64,000 nucleotides of DNA from a virus (lineage: Duplodnaviria; Caudoviricetes), in IMG/VR virus record IMGVR_UViG_3300022723_000184, positions 32,001 to 96,000 of that record; one strand, 5' to 3'. Position 1 is the first letter of the stretch. Every line of letters begins with the position of its first letter. This document shows, in pieces, positions 53,888 through 62,466 of this stretch. Under the pieces are notes generated by a model. The model saw nothing but the letters and a program-made list of their open reading frames with translations, was not told the origin of the DNA and searched no databases. Both the position numbers and the translations under genes were made by a program.

Positions 53888-54564
53888 GCCCGGAGACTCC
53901 AGCAGACTGGTGCGAGAGCGAGAGCCCGTCCCCTGATCCTCAGGATCGGCGACAGCTGATTGGTCCGCAGACGGCCAACGCCCTGTGCCATACGGGATGG
54001 GCGCCCATCATCCTGACCGGCCTTTTCCGGGATCTTTTGGTCCGCCACTTCTCCGACGCTAACTTCATCGAGACGCCTGAGCTGCGAAAAGCAATCTGGC
54101 AGGAGCTACCCCCCACGGGTATACTGATCGAGAGCGTACACAAGTGGCGCGGCGACCTTACGGAAAAACGACCCGCGATCACGATTAAAAGAAACGCCTA
54201 CCGCAACGTCAGGATGGCGATCCTCGACCGGGTGGGCACAGACGAAGAGGGCAACGACAACTTCTCGACTCTCTGGGTTGGAAGTCACACCCTCTTCTGC
54301 ATCCATGGAACGGGTGCAGGTGTTGAGATCTTGGCCACCGAGGTGCAGCGAGAGCTGACCCAATTCGCCCCGGTGATCACCAAGATGCTCGGCCTACATA
54401 AGTTCAAGGTGAACGAGGTCGGGCAAATCAGCGAGCTGGAAGAGGCGACAGAGAACTTCGTCGTGCCGCTCACCGTTGGGTGGGCCTACGAGGAGAACTG
54501 GCGACTCGAACCAGAAGCGCTCAGGCTTTCGTCGATCTCGATCGGCTTCAGCCTGGACTGCTGA
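53884..54564 (+). CDS. Tail terminator/completion-like protein, 226 aa
   Basis: Directly upstream of the sheath; EKRPAITIKR...LWVGSHTLFC...EILATEV...VPLTVGWAYEENW. Confidence 0.6.
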   Translation: MSPETPADWCESESPSPDPQDRRQLIGPQTANALCHTGWAPIILTGLFRDLLVRHFSDANFIETPELRKAIWQELPPTGILIESVHKWRGDLTEKRPAITIKRNAYRNVRMAILDRVGTDEEGNDNFSTLWVGSHTLFCIHGTGAGVEILATEVQRELTQFAPVITKMLGLHKFKVNEVGQISELEEATENFVVPLTVGWAYEENWRLEPEALRLSSISIGFSLDC

Positions 54565-54600
54565 TCAACACGTACGAACACTTTGGCATGGAGGCCTGAA

Positions 54601-57402
54601 ATGGCTACTTACGTTCTGCCCCAGGTCCTGGTCTTCCAGGATTTCCAGGCGTCGCCCGCCGCGGTCGCCAACCCGCTCCGAGCCCACATCGCCGGTCCCC
54701 ACGCGTTCGCCATCCGCTTCGACGACAACGACGAGCGTGAAGACGGACGTCTCGGGTTCTACGACGAAATCCTTGCCACCAACTACCTGTGGCCCAACCG
54801 CCCGGCCGGTGGCGACGTCGACGAGTCGTTCACCAAACTGTACGTGGTGGACGGTCTGCTTAAGTACTTCGAGGACACGGTGTCCGGCGGCTCGACCATC
54901 ACCCGCACCGGCCAGAACACCGTCCGCTCCGACACGGTCAACTTCGCCGAGAACGGGATCTACGCCCGCGACTCGTCGCTGCTCGATCGCGACGTCCAGA
55001 TCGGCGACATCGTCAAGGCCCGGTTCGTGCCGGTCGGCGACGACCCGGTCACCGTCTGGACGTTCGTCAAGGACCTGGTGGGCGACCCGATCGCTGCGAT
55101 CGTGGCCGCGGCCACCGCGGACGTGGACAACGCCGCGACCCAGGGCGCCTCCACGGCCGTCGCCAAGATCTCGGGCCCCGACAACTGCGTCACCCTGACC
55201 CCCGACGGCTCGTCCTACGACGGCCTGGCCGAAGGCGACATCACCGAGACCTACCGGATCACCGTGCTGGAAGGGTCGCTGGACGGCGACCTGACCCAGG
55301 CCAAGATCCGCGTCACCAGCGCCAGCGGCAACGACGACCAGGCCGAGGTGACCCCGAGCCCCGCCGGCAGCCCGACCCCGATCGGCACCCGCGGCCTGCT
55401 CGTGACGTTCTCCGACGACGACACGGCGGCGTGCTCGGCCTCGGCCAGCGACGACGACGTGTCGCCCAACGACCTGATTGCGGGCCAGGCCTGGGACGTG
55501 GCGGTCAGCCAGGCGTTCACCGCCCCGACCCCGACCTCGGGCGGCTCGTACACCGGCGCCCAGGACACCACGTACATCCTCGACGTGGTCCGCGGCGGCC
55601 TGTACGCCGACACCGACAAGCCCCAGATCCAGGTTTCGACGACCAACGGCACCGACGTCAGCGGTCCGACCAATATCACCGCGGCGGCCACTGCCGTGGC
55701 AGTCGGGACTAAGGGGACCACGGTGGCCTTCGACGGTACCGGCCTGCGCAAGGGCGACCGGTACTACATCGTGGTCACGGCCGAGGCCGAGGGCCCGATG
55801 CGGACCATCGTCCTGGGCAACACGATCCCCAGCGACATCACGGACGGCACCGAGTGCGACCTCACGCTGTTCATCCTCAAGCCTGAGGCCGAGATCCCGC
55901 AGAACCGGATCCAGTCGCCGCCGCTCCAGAACTGGACGACCAGCGACACCGAGATCACGGTCAACAGCTCGATTGAGCTATTCGATGAGACGTGGACCGA
56001 CGGCGGTGTCCCGCAGCCCCTGCCCCTGATCTCCGAGGACAGCCAGAACTACGGCATCCTCTACGTGGAGTACCGGGCCTGGCTGCAGGACCTGTGCAAC
56101 GAGGTCGGCACGATCAGCGACGTGGCCAACCTGAACGATCTGATCAGCGGCCCGCTGGACCCGATCAACCCCCTCAAGTGGGGCGTGTTCAAGGCCCTGT
56201 CGAACTCCAACGGCACCGAGGTGAAGTTCACCGCCGTCTGCGACCCGGACAGCCCGGAGAGCTGGGCGGACGTCCTGGAGCTGTTGGAGGGTCGTGACGA
56301 CGTCTACGGCCTCGTCCCGCTGACCCGGGACCGCACGGTCCTCGACCTGTACGCGGCCCACGTGGACGCCAACTCCACGCCGGAAGAGGGTCTGTGGCGG
56401 GTCGCCTGGTTCAGCCTGCTCGGGATCCCGACCAAGGCCATTGTCACCGCCGACAACTCGACGGACGGCGAGGCGGTCGAGGCGACGATCACCGACGACC
56501 CGAACACCTCGGGCACCCAGTACACGCTGGTCGAGGTGCCGGACAAGAACAGCGACTTCATCAAGAACGAGGTGCGGGCGGGCGACATCCTCCGCGCCAT
56601 CTACTCCTCGGACGGTTTCGGAAACGAGACCTACCAGGAGTTCGTGATCGACGACGTCCTGACCGAGGACAGCCTCCGCCTGCTCAGCGGGCCGGGCGCC
56701 GCGGTCAACGTCGCGGCCAAGATCGAGATCTGGCGGAACCTCTCCTTGAACGAAGAGGCCCAGGAGATCGCCCTTGACGCGGGCGCCTGGAACAACCGCC
56801 GCATCCGGGCCGTGTGGCCGGACACGATCGAGACCAGCGGCGTCGTGCAGGAGGGTTACCACCTGTGTGCCGCTCTGTCGGGCCTCCGCTCGGGCGTCCT
56901 GCCCCACCAGGGCATGACCCACCTGGAGGTCGCGGGCTTCACGGACGTGCCCCGCACGATCGACAAGTTCAACAAGCCGCAGCTGGACATCCTGGCGGCG
57001 GCCGGCACCTGGATCGTCACCCAGAACATCTTCGATGGCGAGATCTTTACTCGCCACGCGGTGACCACGGGCGACACCGAGGACATCGGCCAGCGCGAGG
57101 AGATGATCACCTCCAACGTGGACAGCATCAGCTTCCGGTTCAAGGACCACTTCGCTCCGTTCATCGGCGTGACCAACGTCACCCCGTCGATGATCGAGCT
57201 GCTGGGTCTGGAGGCCGAGTCGCTGATCGAGGTCCTCAAGACGGAGAACGCGACGCAGACGTTGGGCGGCCAGCTCATCGACGCGACGATCATCGAGCTG
57301 CGGCAGCACCTGACGTTGAAGGACAGGGTCGTCATGATCCTGGACACCGACATCCCGGTGCCGCTGAACAACTTGGAGATCCGCCTCCAGATCGTGTTCT
57401 AA
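54601..57402 (+). CDS. Contractile tail sheath protein, 933 aa
   Basis: N-terminus ATYVLPQVLVFQ; sheath-like C-domain (AALSGLRSG..PHQGMT, TRHAVTT, PVPLNNLEIRLQI); followed by a tube gene. Confidence 0.85.
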   Translation: MATYVLPQVLVFQDFQASPAAVANPLRAHIAGPHAFAIRFDDNDEREDGRLGFYDEILATNYLWPNRPAGGDVDESFTKLYVVDGLLKYFEDTVSGGSTITRTGQNTVRSDTVNFAENGIYARDSSLLDRDVQIGDIVKARFVPVGDDPVTVWTFVKDLVGDPIAAIVAAATADVDNAATQGASTAVAKISGPDNCVTLTPDGSSYDGLAEGDITETYRITVLEGSLDGDLTQAKIRVTSASGNDDQAEVTPSPAGSPTPIGTRGLLVTFSDDDTAACSASASDDDVSPNDLIAGQAWDVAVSQAFTAPTPTSGGSYTGAQDTTYILDVVRGGLYADTDKPQIQVSTTNGTDVSGPTNITAAATAVAVGTKGTTVAFDGTGLRKGDRYYIVVTAEAEGPMRTIVLGNTIPSDITDGTECDLTLFILKPEAEIPQNRIQSPPLQNWTTSDTEITVNSSIELFDETWTDGGVPQPLPLISEDSQNYGILYVEYRAWLQDLCNEVGTISDVANLNDLISGPLDPINPLKWGVFKALSNSNGTEVKFTAVCDPDSPESWADVLELLEGRDDVYGLVPLTRDRTVLDLYAAHVDANSTPEEGLWRVAWFSLLGIPTKAIVTADNSTDGEAVEATITDDPNTSGTQYTLVEVPDKNSDFIKNEVRAGDILRAIYSSDGFGNETYQEFVIDDVLTEDSLRLLSGPGAAVNVAAKIEIWRNLSLNEEAQEIALDAGAWNNRRIRAVWPDTIETSGVVQEGYHLCAALSGLRSGVLPHQGMTHLEVAGFTDVPRTIDKFNKPQLDILAAAGTWIVTQNIFDGEIFTRHAVTTGDTEDIGQREEMITSNVDSISFRFKDHFAPFIGVTNVTPSMIELLGLEAESLIEVLKTENATQTLGGQLIDATIIELRQHLTLKDRVVMILDTDIPVPLNNLEIRLQIVF

Positions 57403-57414
57403 ACCAGAACGCCG

Positions 57415-57442
57415 ACCCCGGGGCCTACGGGCCCCGGGGTTT
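57415..57442 (+). terminator. Perfect 11-bp hairpin after the sheath gene (terminator or stabiliser)
   Basis: ACCCCGGGGCC-TACG-GGCCCCGGGGT followed by TT. Confidence 0.6.
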
Positions 57443-57494
57443 GATAAAGAAACGCCTCGGCACGCTGAGGCTCTTAGGTACGGAGACCTAGACC

Positions 57495-57947
57495 ATGGCC
57501 GACATCTTCAACCGAAACGTGAGCAAGCTCGGCGGCGTGTTTACCTCGGACGAGGCGAAGCTCACGCTTAAGGGCAACCTGGGCGTGCTCGTCCAGCAGC
57601 TCCAGTTCACCTATGCCCAGACAATCACCCACCTCTACGAGGTCGGTGGCGCGAACATCTACTACGTCGGCGGCCGGACCCAGGGCAACCTGAACGTCAA
57701 CCGCGTCATCGGCCCGACCGGCACAATCTGTGCGCTGTACTCGACGTACGGCGACGTGTGCAACGCCAAGCAGAATGTGATCACCCTGGCCCTGCAGCAG
57801 ACCGACTGCTCGACGGGCGCCGGCGGCAAGAACACCTACACGATGAAGAACTGCGTCATCACGCAGACTGGCATCGCGGTGGCTGCCCAGGACATGATCA
57901 TCAACGAGAACACCACGATGATGTACTCGTCGCTGGAGTGCTCGTAA
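57495..57947 (+). CDS. Tail tube protein, 150 aa
   Basis: LVQQLQFTYAQTITHLYEVG...YYVGGRTQGNLNVNRVIG; follows the sheath. Confidence 0.8.
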   Translation: MADIFNRNVSKLGGVFTSDEAKLTLKGNLGVLVQQLQFTYAQTITHLYEVGGANIYYVGGRTQGNLNVNRVIGPTGTICALYSTYGDVCNAKQNVITLALQQTDCSTGAGGKNTYTMKNCVITQTGIAVAAQDMIINENTTMMYSSLECS

Positions 57948-57964
57948 GACAACCACTCGCCGAC

Positions 57965-57982
57965 CTAAAAAGCACTTTTTAG
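57965..57982. promoter_or_regulatory. AT-rich palindromic box CTAAAAAGCACTTTTTAG (copy 4)
   Basis: Intergenic; same motif as the other three boxes. Confidence 0.6.
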
Positions 57983-58064
57983 ATCGGCCTCAGGGTCGGC
58001 CCTCCTACGGTGGGGTCGGCCCGGGCCACGAGGCCCGCTTAGAAACGCACCGCAAGGTGAGCAC

Positions 58065-60809
58065 ATGGCGGATACCCCTCACGTAAGCCAGGGTGAGGCC
58101 GCGGAGCACACGGCAACTCCGGACAAGCGTATCGTCGACCTGGTCGACGGCCTTGAGGAGACCCTGGCCCGCCTCGACCCGAACCTCTCGTTCGCCGCCG
58201 ACCCTTTGCGGGCGGCCTTCGGCGGGCTCCTCGATTTCAACACCAACAACCCCGTCCAGTTTGGGCGGGTTGTTTATTCGGTTCCCTATTGCAACACGTA
58301 CCGCGTGCAGCTTGACCGGCTGTCGGGCGACCGGTGGTGCTGCGCGGCGGCCGACGGTTCACTGCTCCCGATCGGCGTCCGGTCCTCGACCGTGATCCCG
58401 CCGAACAGCCGGGTGATGGTCTGGATCCCTCCGGGCATCAACTGGGGCATCATCCTGGGCACGGTACCCGCCCAGATGTACGATCCGAACCTGGCGGTCC
58501 CCGAGTGGGTCCAGCAGGGCTCTGGCACCGGCATCAACCGGGAGAGCTGCTACACGTTCCCGTTCAAGAACCTGTTCCGCGAGGGCGGGATCATGGACTT
58601 CAGCAACGGCCGTCCCCTCGACGGCACGTCGCTGGACTGGGGACGGTTCGCTGAGACCGGGATCGGGATCCACATCGACCCGTTCCAGGCCTTTCTCCGC
58701 GTCAATGAGGCGTGCGGCCTGTTCCTCAACTACTTCGACAGTTACATGCGTCTGGCCGGGGTGAACCTCGACATCCAGAGCGCGGTGCACGAGCTGAACG
58801 TCCGGGAGGACTCGGGCGAGAACCGACTGTTCAAGGGCGTCGCCGTCTACCCCTGGGAAGCTCTCGGCCTGTTCAAGAACGGCGAGGAGCCCTGGGAGGA
58901 AAAGGACGACAAGGACGTTCAGTTCAAGAAGCACTATGGCAAGGTCGATCTGAAGGACGGCGACGAGGAGCAGCAGTCGTACTACCGGTACCAGGAGTAC
59001 GGTGGCTACCTGGGCCAGGGTTTCCGCCGGCTGCTCATCAGCCCCGCCGACAAGAGCGGCAAGCAGCTGTACTCGGACACGCCGGATTCTGCGGGCCCCG
59101 ACTTCGGTGTGTTCGAGGAGGGCCTTGGCCTCGATGGCTCGTACTGGGTCCGCTCGGCCAAAGGCATCTACATCTCCAAGCGGTGCCTGATCCCGGTGCC
59201 CAAAGAGATCCGGCTGCCCGAGGACCAGAAAGAGGGCGACGACAAGGACAAGGACAACTACAAGTTTTCCGGCACGTTCGGCGGCGGCGACGAGCACAAG
59301 GTCGGCGACATCGAGATCGAGGCCGAGGAAGACGAGAAACACCTGCTCCAGGCGGCCGGCCTGTTCGACGTGCTCGCCTACCACATGAACTGGAAGGGCC
59401 TGCACCCGTTCCATTACCACGGCGAGGACTACAAGACGCCTGAGGAATCGGCACCGGTCGAGGGCGGACCGACGGCGACCCAGGAGAACATTGACTTCAG
59501 CAAGCTGCAGGACGACATGTACCTGGGCTACCCCGAGCCCAAGATGGTCAAGATCGACGAGCGCTACGGCGAGGTCGAGTACTTCGAGCGGGAGGCGGGG
59601 ATCGCCGTGCTCCCCGACGGCAGCCTGGTGTTGTACGACGGCTACGGCTCGCAGATCACGATGACCGGCGGCGTCATTCGCCTCGACACGCCGGGCGACG
59701 TGCAGCTGATGCCGGGGCGCAACATCCTGCTGATGGGTGGCGACGACATCGTGCTCCGGTCCAAGAACAGCGTCGACATCTCGGCCGGTGACAAGGACGT
59801 GCGGATCAAGGCCGAGAGGAACATGCAGCTGCTCGCCGGCAACAGCGGCGAGGGCGGCATGCTCCTGGAGTCCAAGGCCTCTCGCACGGTCTACGACTTC
59901 GACAACAAGGTCGGCGAGGACGTGGTCAGCTCGGGCATCACGCTCAAGGCCGCCAAGTCGACGGTGGCCGCCTGGGCCGGCGACATCTACCTGCGAACCG
60001 GCAAGGAGGGCGACCCGCTGAACACGGGCGAGATTGTCCTCGACGCGTCGAAGGGCGACGCCGACGTCATCCTCAAGGGCCAGAAGGTCGAGGAGTATGT
60101 GAACGTCGGCCACGAGATCTTCATCGGCCCGCAGGATGAGAACTCGAACGTCAACAACTCGTTCGTCTTCGACCTGGGCGGCGCCCTGATCCCGGTGCAG
60201 CTGCGGGTGACCGGGCCGATCATCAACACCAGCGGGATCAGCACGCAGGGCTCGGTCAACTCGTTGGGCTCGTTCAACTCGAACTCGAACCCCGACGTCC
60301 TGCCCCTGGGCCCGGCCGCGGCCATCGTCGCCGCCCAGATTAGCCAGGCCCGCAGCAGCCAGGAGCAGGCCAACACGACCGGGACCCAGGAGCACACCGG
60401 CCTGTTCACCGACGGCTTGTACCAGGACGGCCAGCCGGGCAACGACAAGACGATCGAGCAGGCCTCGTTCAGCTACCGGGACGACGACGAGCAGGCCCAG
60501 TACAACACACAGAACTTCAAGCTCGCCGAGAGCCGCTGGCAGCAGATGGTCCGCCTCAACCTTGGGACGGGTGGCGTCGAGTGGGAGGAGCCCAAGGTCG
60601 AGTACCAGGCCCGCCAGCAGCTGCCGTGGCCCGGCAAGAAGAAGTGGGAGGACGAAGACACGCTGCTCCAGCTCGGGGAGCTGAGCATGTACGATACGTC
60701 CAACGGATACTCGAAGGATCGTGGTGACGACGGCGGCCCTTACCTGGAACCCAAGCTGGGTGAGCTGGAACGTATCGCACCGAAAACAGGTTTCAAGGTG
60801 CTCGGATAG
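58065..60809 (+). CDS. Baseplate central spike/hub (gp5/VgrG-like), 914 aa
   Basis: OB-fold-like N-domain (GRVVY...YRVQL...PPNSRVMVW...IILGTV) and beta-helix repeats (GSQITMTGGVIRLDTPGDVQLMPGRNILL...). Confidence 0.7.
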   Translation: MADTPHVSQGEAAEHTATPDKRIVDLVDGLEETLARLDPNLSFAADPLRAAFGGLLDFNTNNPVQFGRVVYSVPYCNTYRVQLDRLSGDRWCCAAADGSLLPIGVRSSTVIPPNSRVMVWIPPGINWGIILGTVPAQMYDPNLAVPEWVQQGSGTGINRESCYTFPFKNLFREGGIMDFSNGRPLDGTSLDWGRFAETGIGIHIDPFQAFLRVNEACGLFLNYFDSYMRLAGVNLDIQSAVHELNVREDSGENRLFKGVAVYPWEALGLFKNGEEPWEEKDDKDVQFKKHYGKVDLKDGDEEQQSYYRYQEYGGYLGQGFRRLLISPADKSGKQLYSDTPDSAGPDFGVFEEGLGLDGSYWVRSAKGIYISKRCLIPVPKEIRLPEDQKEGDDKDKDNYKFSGTFGGGDEHKVGDIEIEAEEDEKHLLQAAGLFDVLAYHMNWKGLHPFHYHGEDYKTPEESAPVEGGPTATQENIDFSKLQDDMYLGYPEPKMVKIDERYGEVEYFEREAGIAVLPDGSLVLYDGYGSQITMTGGVIRLDTPGDVQLMPGRNILLMGGDDIVLRSKNSVDISAGDKDVRIKAERNMQLLAGNSGEGGMLLESKASRTVYDFDNKVGEDVVSSGITLKAAKSTVAAWAGDIYLRTGKEGDPLNTGEIVLDASKGDADVILKGQKVEEYVNVGHEIFIGPQDENSNVNNSFVFDLGGALIPVQLRVTGPIINTSGISTQGSVNSLGSFNSNSNPDVLPLGPAAAIVAAQISQARSSQEQANTTGTQEHTGLFTDGLYQDGQPGNDKTIEQASFSYRDDDEQAQYNTQNFKLAESRWQQMVRLNLGTGGVEWEEPKVEYQARQQLPWPGKKKWEDEDTLLQLGELSMYDTSNGYSKDRGDDGGPYLEPKLGELERIAPKTGFKVLG

Positions 60810-60820
60810 GAAGGAAAGTC

Positions 60821-62014
60821 ATGGCCAAGGAAATCGATCTGACAGGGCTGCGTAAACCGGATGGGGCGATGTCCACGCCTCCCCCGGCCTCCGCGCCGCA
60901 ACGAAACGGACCGCCGCTGGGCGTCGGGGAGGTGGTCAAGGCCATCGACCCGAAGGAACTGACGGCGGGCGAGCGGGCGACGCTCGAATCGGTGGGCTGG
61001 AAGGAAGGCGAGCCGGTGCCCGACAACATGCCCGAGATCCTCGCGGCTCAGGCCGAGGCCAAGGCCTCGGTCGGTGGGCCGCTGCCGCCCCCGGTCGACC
61101 CCAGCACGCCGCCCGTGAAGTTGCAGGTGCAAGACATCAGTGAGCTTCCGGCCGACAAGCAGGACGAGGTCCGGCAGAAGATGGCCGAGGCCCTGGGCCA
61201 GGCCGAGGCGGTCAAACAGGACGAGCAGCAAGCGGCCAGGGCCGCGGCCATGCCCGATGTGGCCAGGAAGATGGTCAGCGCCGCGATGAACCCCAAGGAC
61301 ACGGGGCCGGCCGAGCAAGTGGATCGCCCCGCGACCCGGACGGTGCCCGACGCCGATTACACGCCGGACCAGGGCAGCGTGGAGCGGGCCGAGCAGATCG
61401 AAGAGCAGCTGCCCAAGCCGCAGGCCGGCCCGGCCTACTGCCCCCATTGCAACTGGGACATGAGCCGCAAGGACATCGAGCCGCCGGGTGAGGCCGATCG
61501 GGCAAGCTTCTTGCAGGCGCTGCTCGGCATGAAGCCGTACACCAAGAAGGTCCCGCTCATGGGCGGGGCGTTCAGCGTCTCATTCCGGACCCTGACCACT
61601 GCGGAGTCCGACGCCGCGTTCAGCCAGGCGATGGCCGACCGCGACGCCCACGAGTTCATCAGCGAACTGGACTTCTGGGAGAAGGTCAACCGGTACCGGA
61701 TGTACCTGCAGATCTTCGAGATCGACCGGGAGGGTCGGCAGAAGATCGAGCTGCCCGACGGCCTGGACAAGGAGACCAATCCGAACTCCGCGGCCCACTG
61801 GAAGCTGCCGGAGGGCGTGGCCCCGCTCAAGGCGATCGAGCAGTACGTTTTGACCAACGTGCTGCCCAACGAGTCGGTGGCCAGGATCGTGCAGGTCGAA
61901 CTCAACCGGTTCAACCAGCAGGTATCTAAAATGGAGGCGATGGTAGACGACACGGATTTTTGGAAAGCGACCGGACAGCAGTCTTCCTCGTCGAAGCCCA
62001 CGTCAGGGGCCTGA
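60821..62014 (+). CDS. Tail assembly chaperone (G-like), 397 aa
   Basis: PYTKKVPLMGG..SVSFRTLT; located upstream of an overlapping -1-frame ORF and the tape measure. Confidence 0.65.
   Translation: MAKEIDLTGLRKPDGAMSTPPPASAPQRNGPPLGVGEVVKAIDPKELTAGERATLESVGWKEGEPVPDNMPEILAAQAEAKASVGGPLPPPVDPSTPPVKLQVQDISELPADKQDEVRQKMAEALGQAEAVKQDEQQAARAAAMPDVARKMVSAAMNPKDTGPAEQVDRPATRTVPDADYTPDQGSVERAEQIEEQLPKPQAGPAYCPHCNWDMSRKDIEPPGEADRASFLQALLGMKPYTKKVPLMGGAFSVSFRTLTTAESDAAFSQAMADRDAHEFISELDFWEKVNRYRMYLQIFEIDREGRQKIELPDGLDKETNPNSAAHWKLPEGVAPLKAIEQYVLTNVLPNESVARIVQVELNRFNQQVSKMEAMVDDTDFWKATGQQSSSSKPTSGA
61954..61960 (+). other. Candidate -1 ribosomal frameshift heptamer G_GAT_TTT
   Basis: In the 0-frame phase, within the only open -1 window (61930-62011). 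Confidence 0.65.
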
Positions 62015-62466
62015 TCGACTTCAGGGAAGCCCGGCTGAACGATCCCGCCTGGTGGCGGAGACTCCGGGCCGTCTTCAAGACGATGGCCCGGGAGAAAGAC
62101 CGGGAGATCTTCAAGGCAGTTTACGATCTGCAGCTTGCCTTGGTCGCGAACGGGAGTCTGACGGAAGAGAGCTTTGACGCGTCACAGGAGCGTGCGAATG
62201 AACTGAAGACCGACCTGATCAGCACCCACCGGCCATGGGAAGGCAAAAGCTATCAGGAGCGACAAAAGAAGCAGTTCAAGGACTGGCGTCAGCGGTACAT
62301 CGACGCGTTCGGCGTCGATCCCACGGACGAGAAGTTCAAGGAATGGGAGGCGAGCCAGATCGCCAAGATCGAATCAGGCGAGTTGTTCCAGGAGACCGAG
62401 TCGGACGAAGAACGAGTCACCCGCTTGCTGCGTGAGCGGGACGAGAAACAGAGGCAAGGACGCTGA
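61960..62466 (+). CDS. Tail chaperone T-like ORF (C-terminal part of a G-T frameshift fusion)
   Basis: -1 frame relative to the upstream gene, no ATG/RBS of its own, TGATG-coupled to the next gene. Confidence 0.65.
   Translation: MESDRTAVFLVEAHVRGLIDFREARLNDPAWWRRLRAVFKTMAREKDREIFKAVYDLQLALVANGSLTEESFDASQERANELKTDLISTHRPWEGKSYQERQKKQFKDWRQRYIDAFGVDPTDEKFKEWEASQIAKIESGELFQETESDEERVTRLLRERDEKQRQGR

Noticed and set aside
1011-60395. Many long minus-strand ORFs (e.g. 1011-3377, 11144-12760, 23451-25658, 25882-27486, 55978-57309, 58359-60395)
   Set aside because: Shadow ORFs opposite GC3-biased plus-strand genes; they are V/L/R/G-rich with no motifs.
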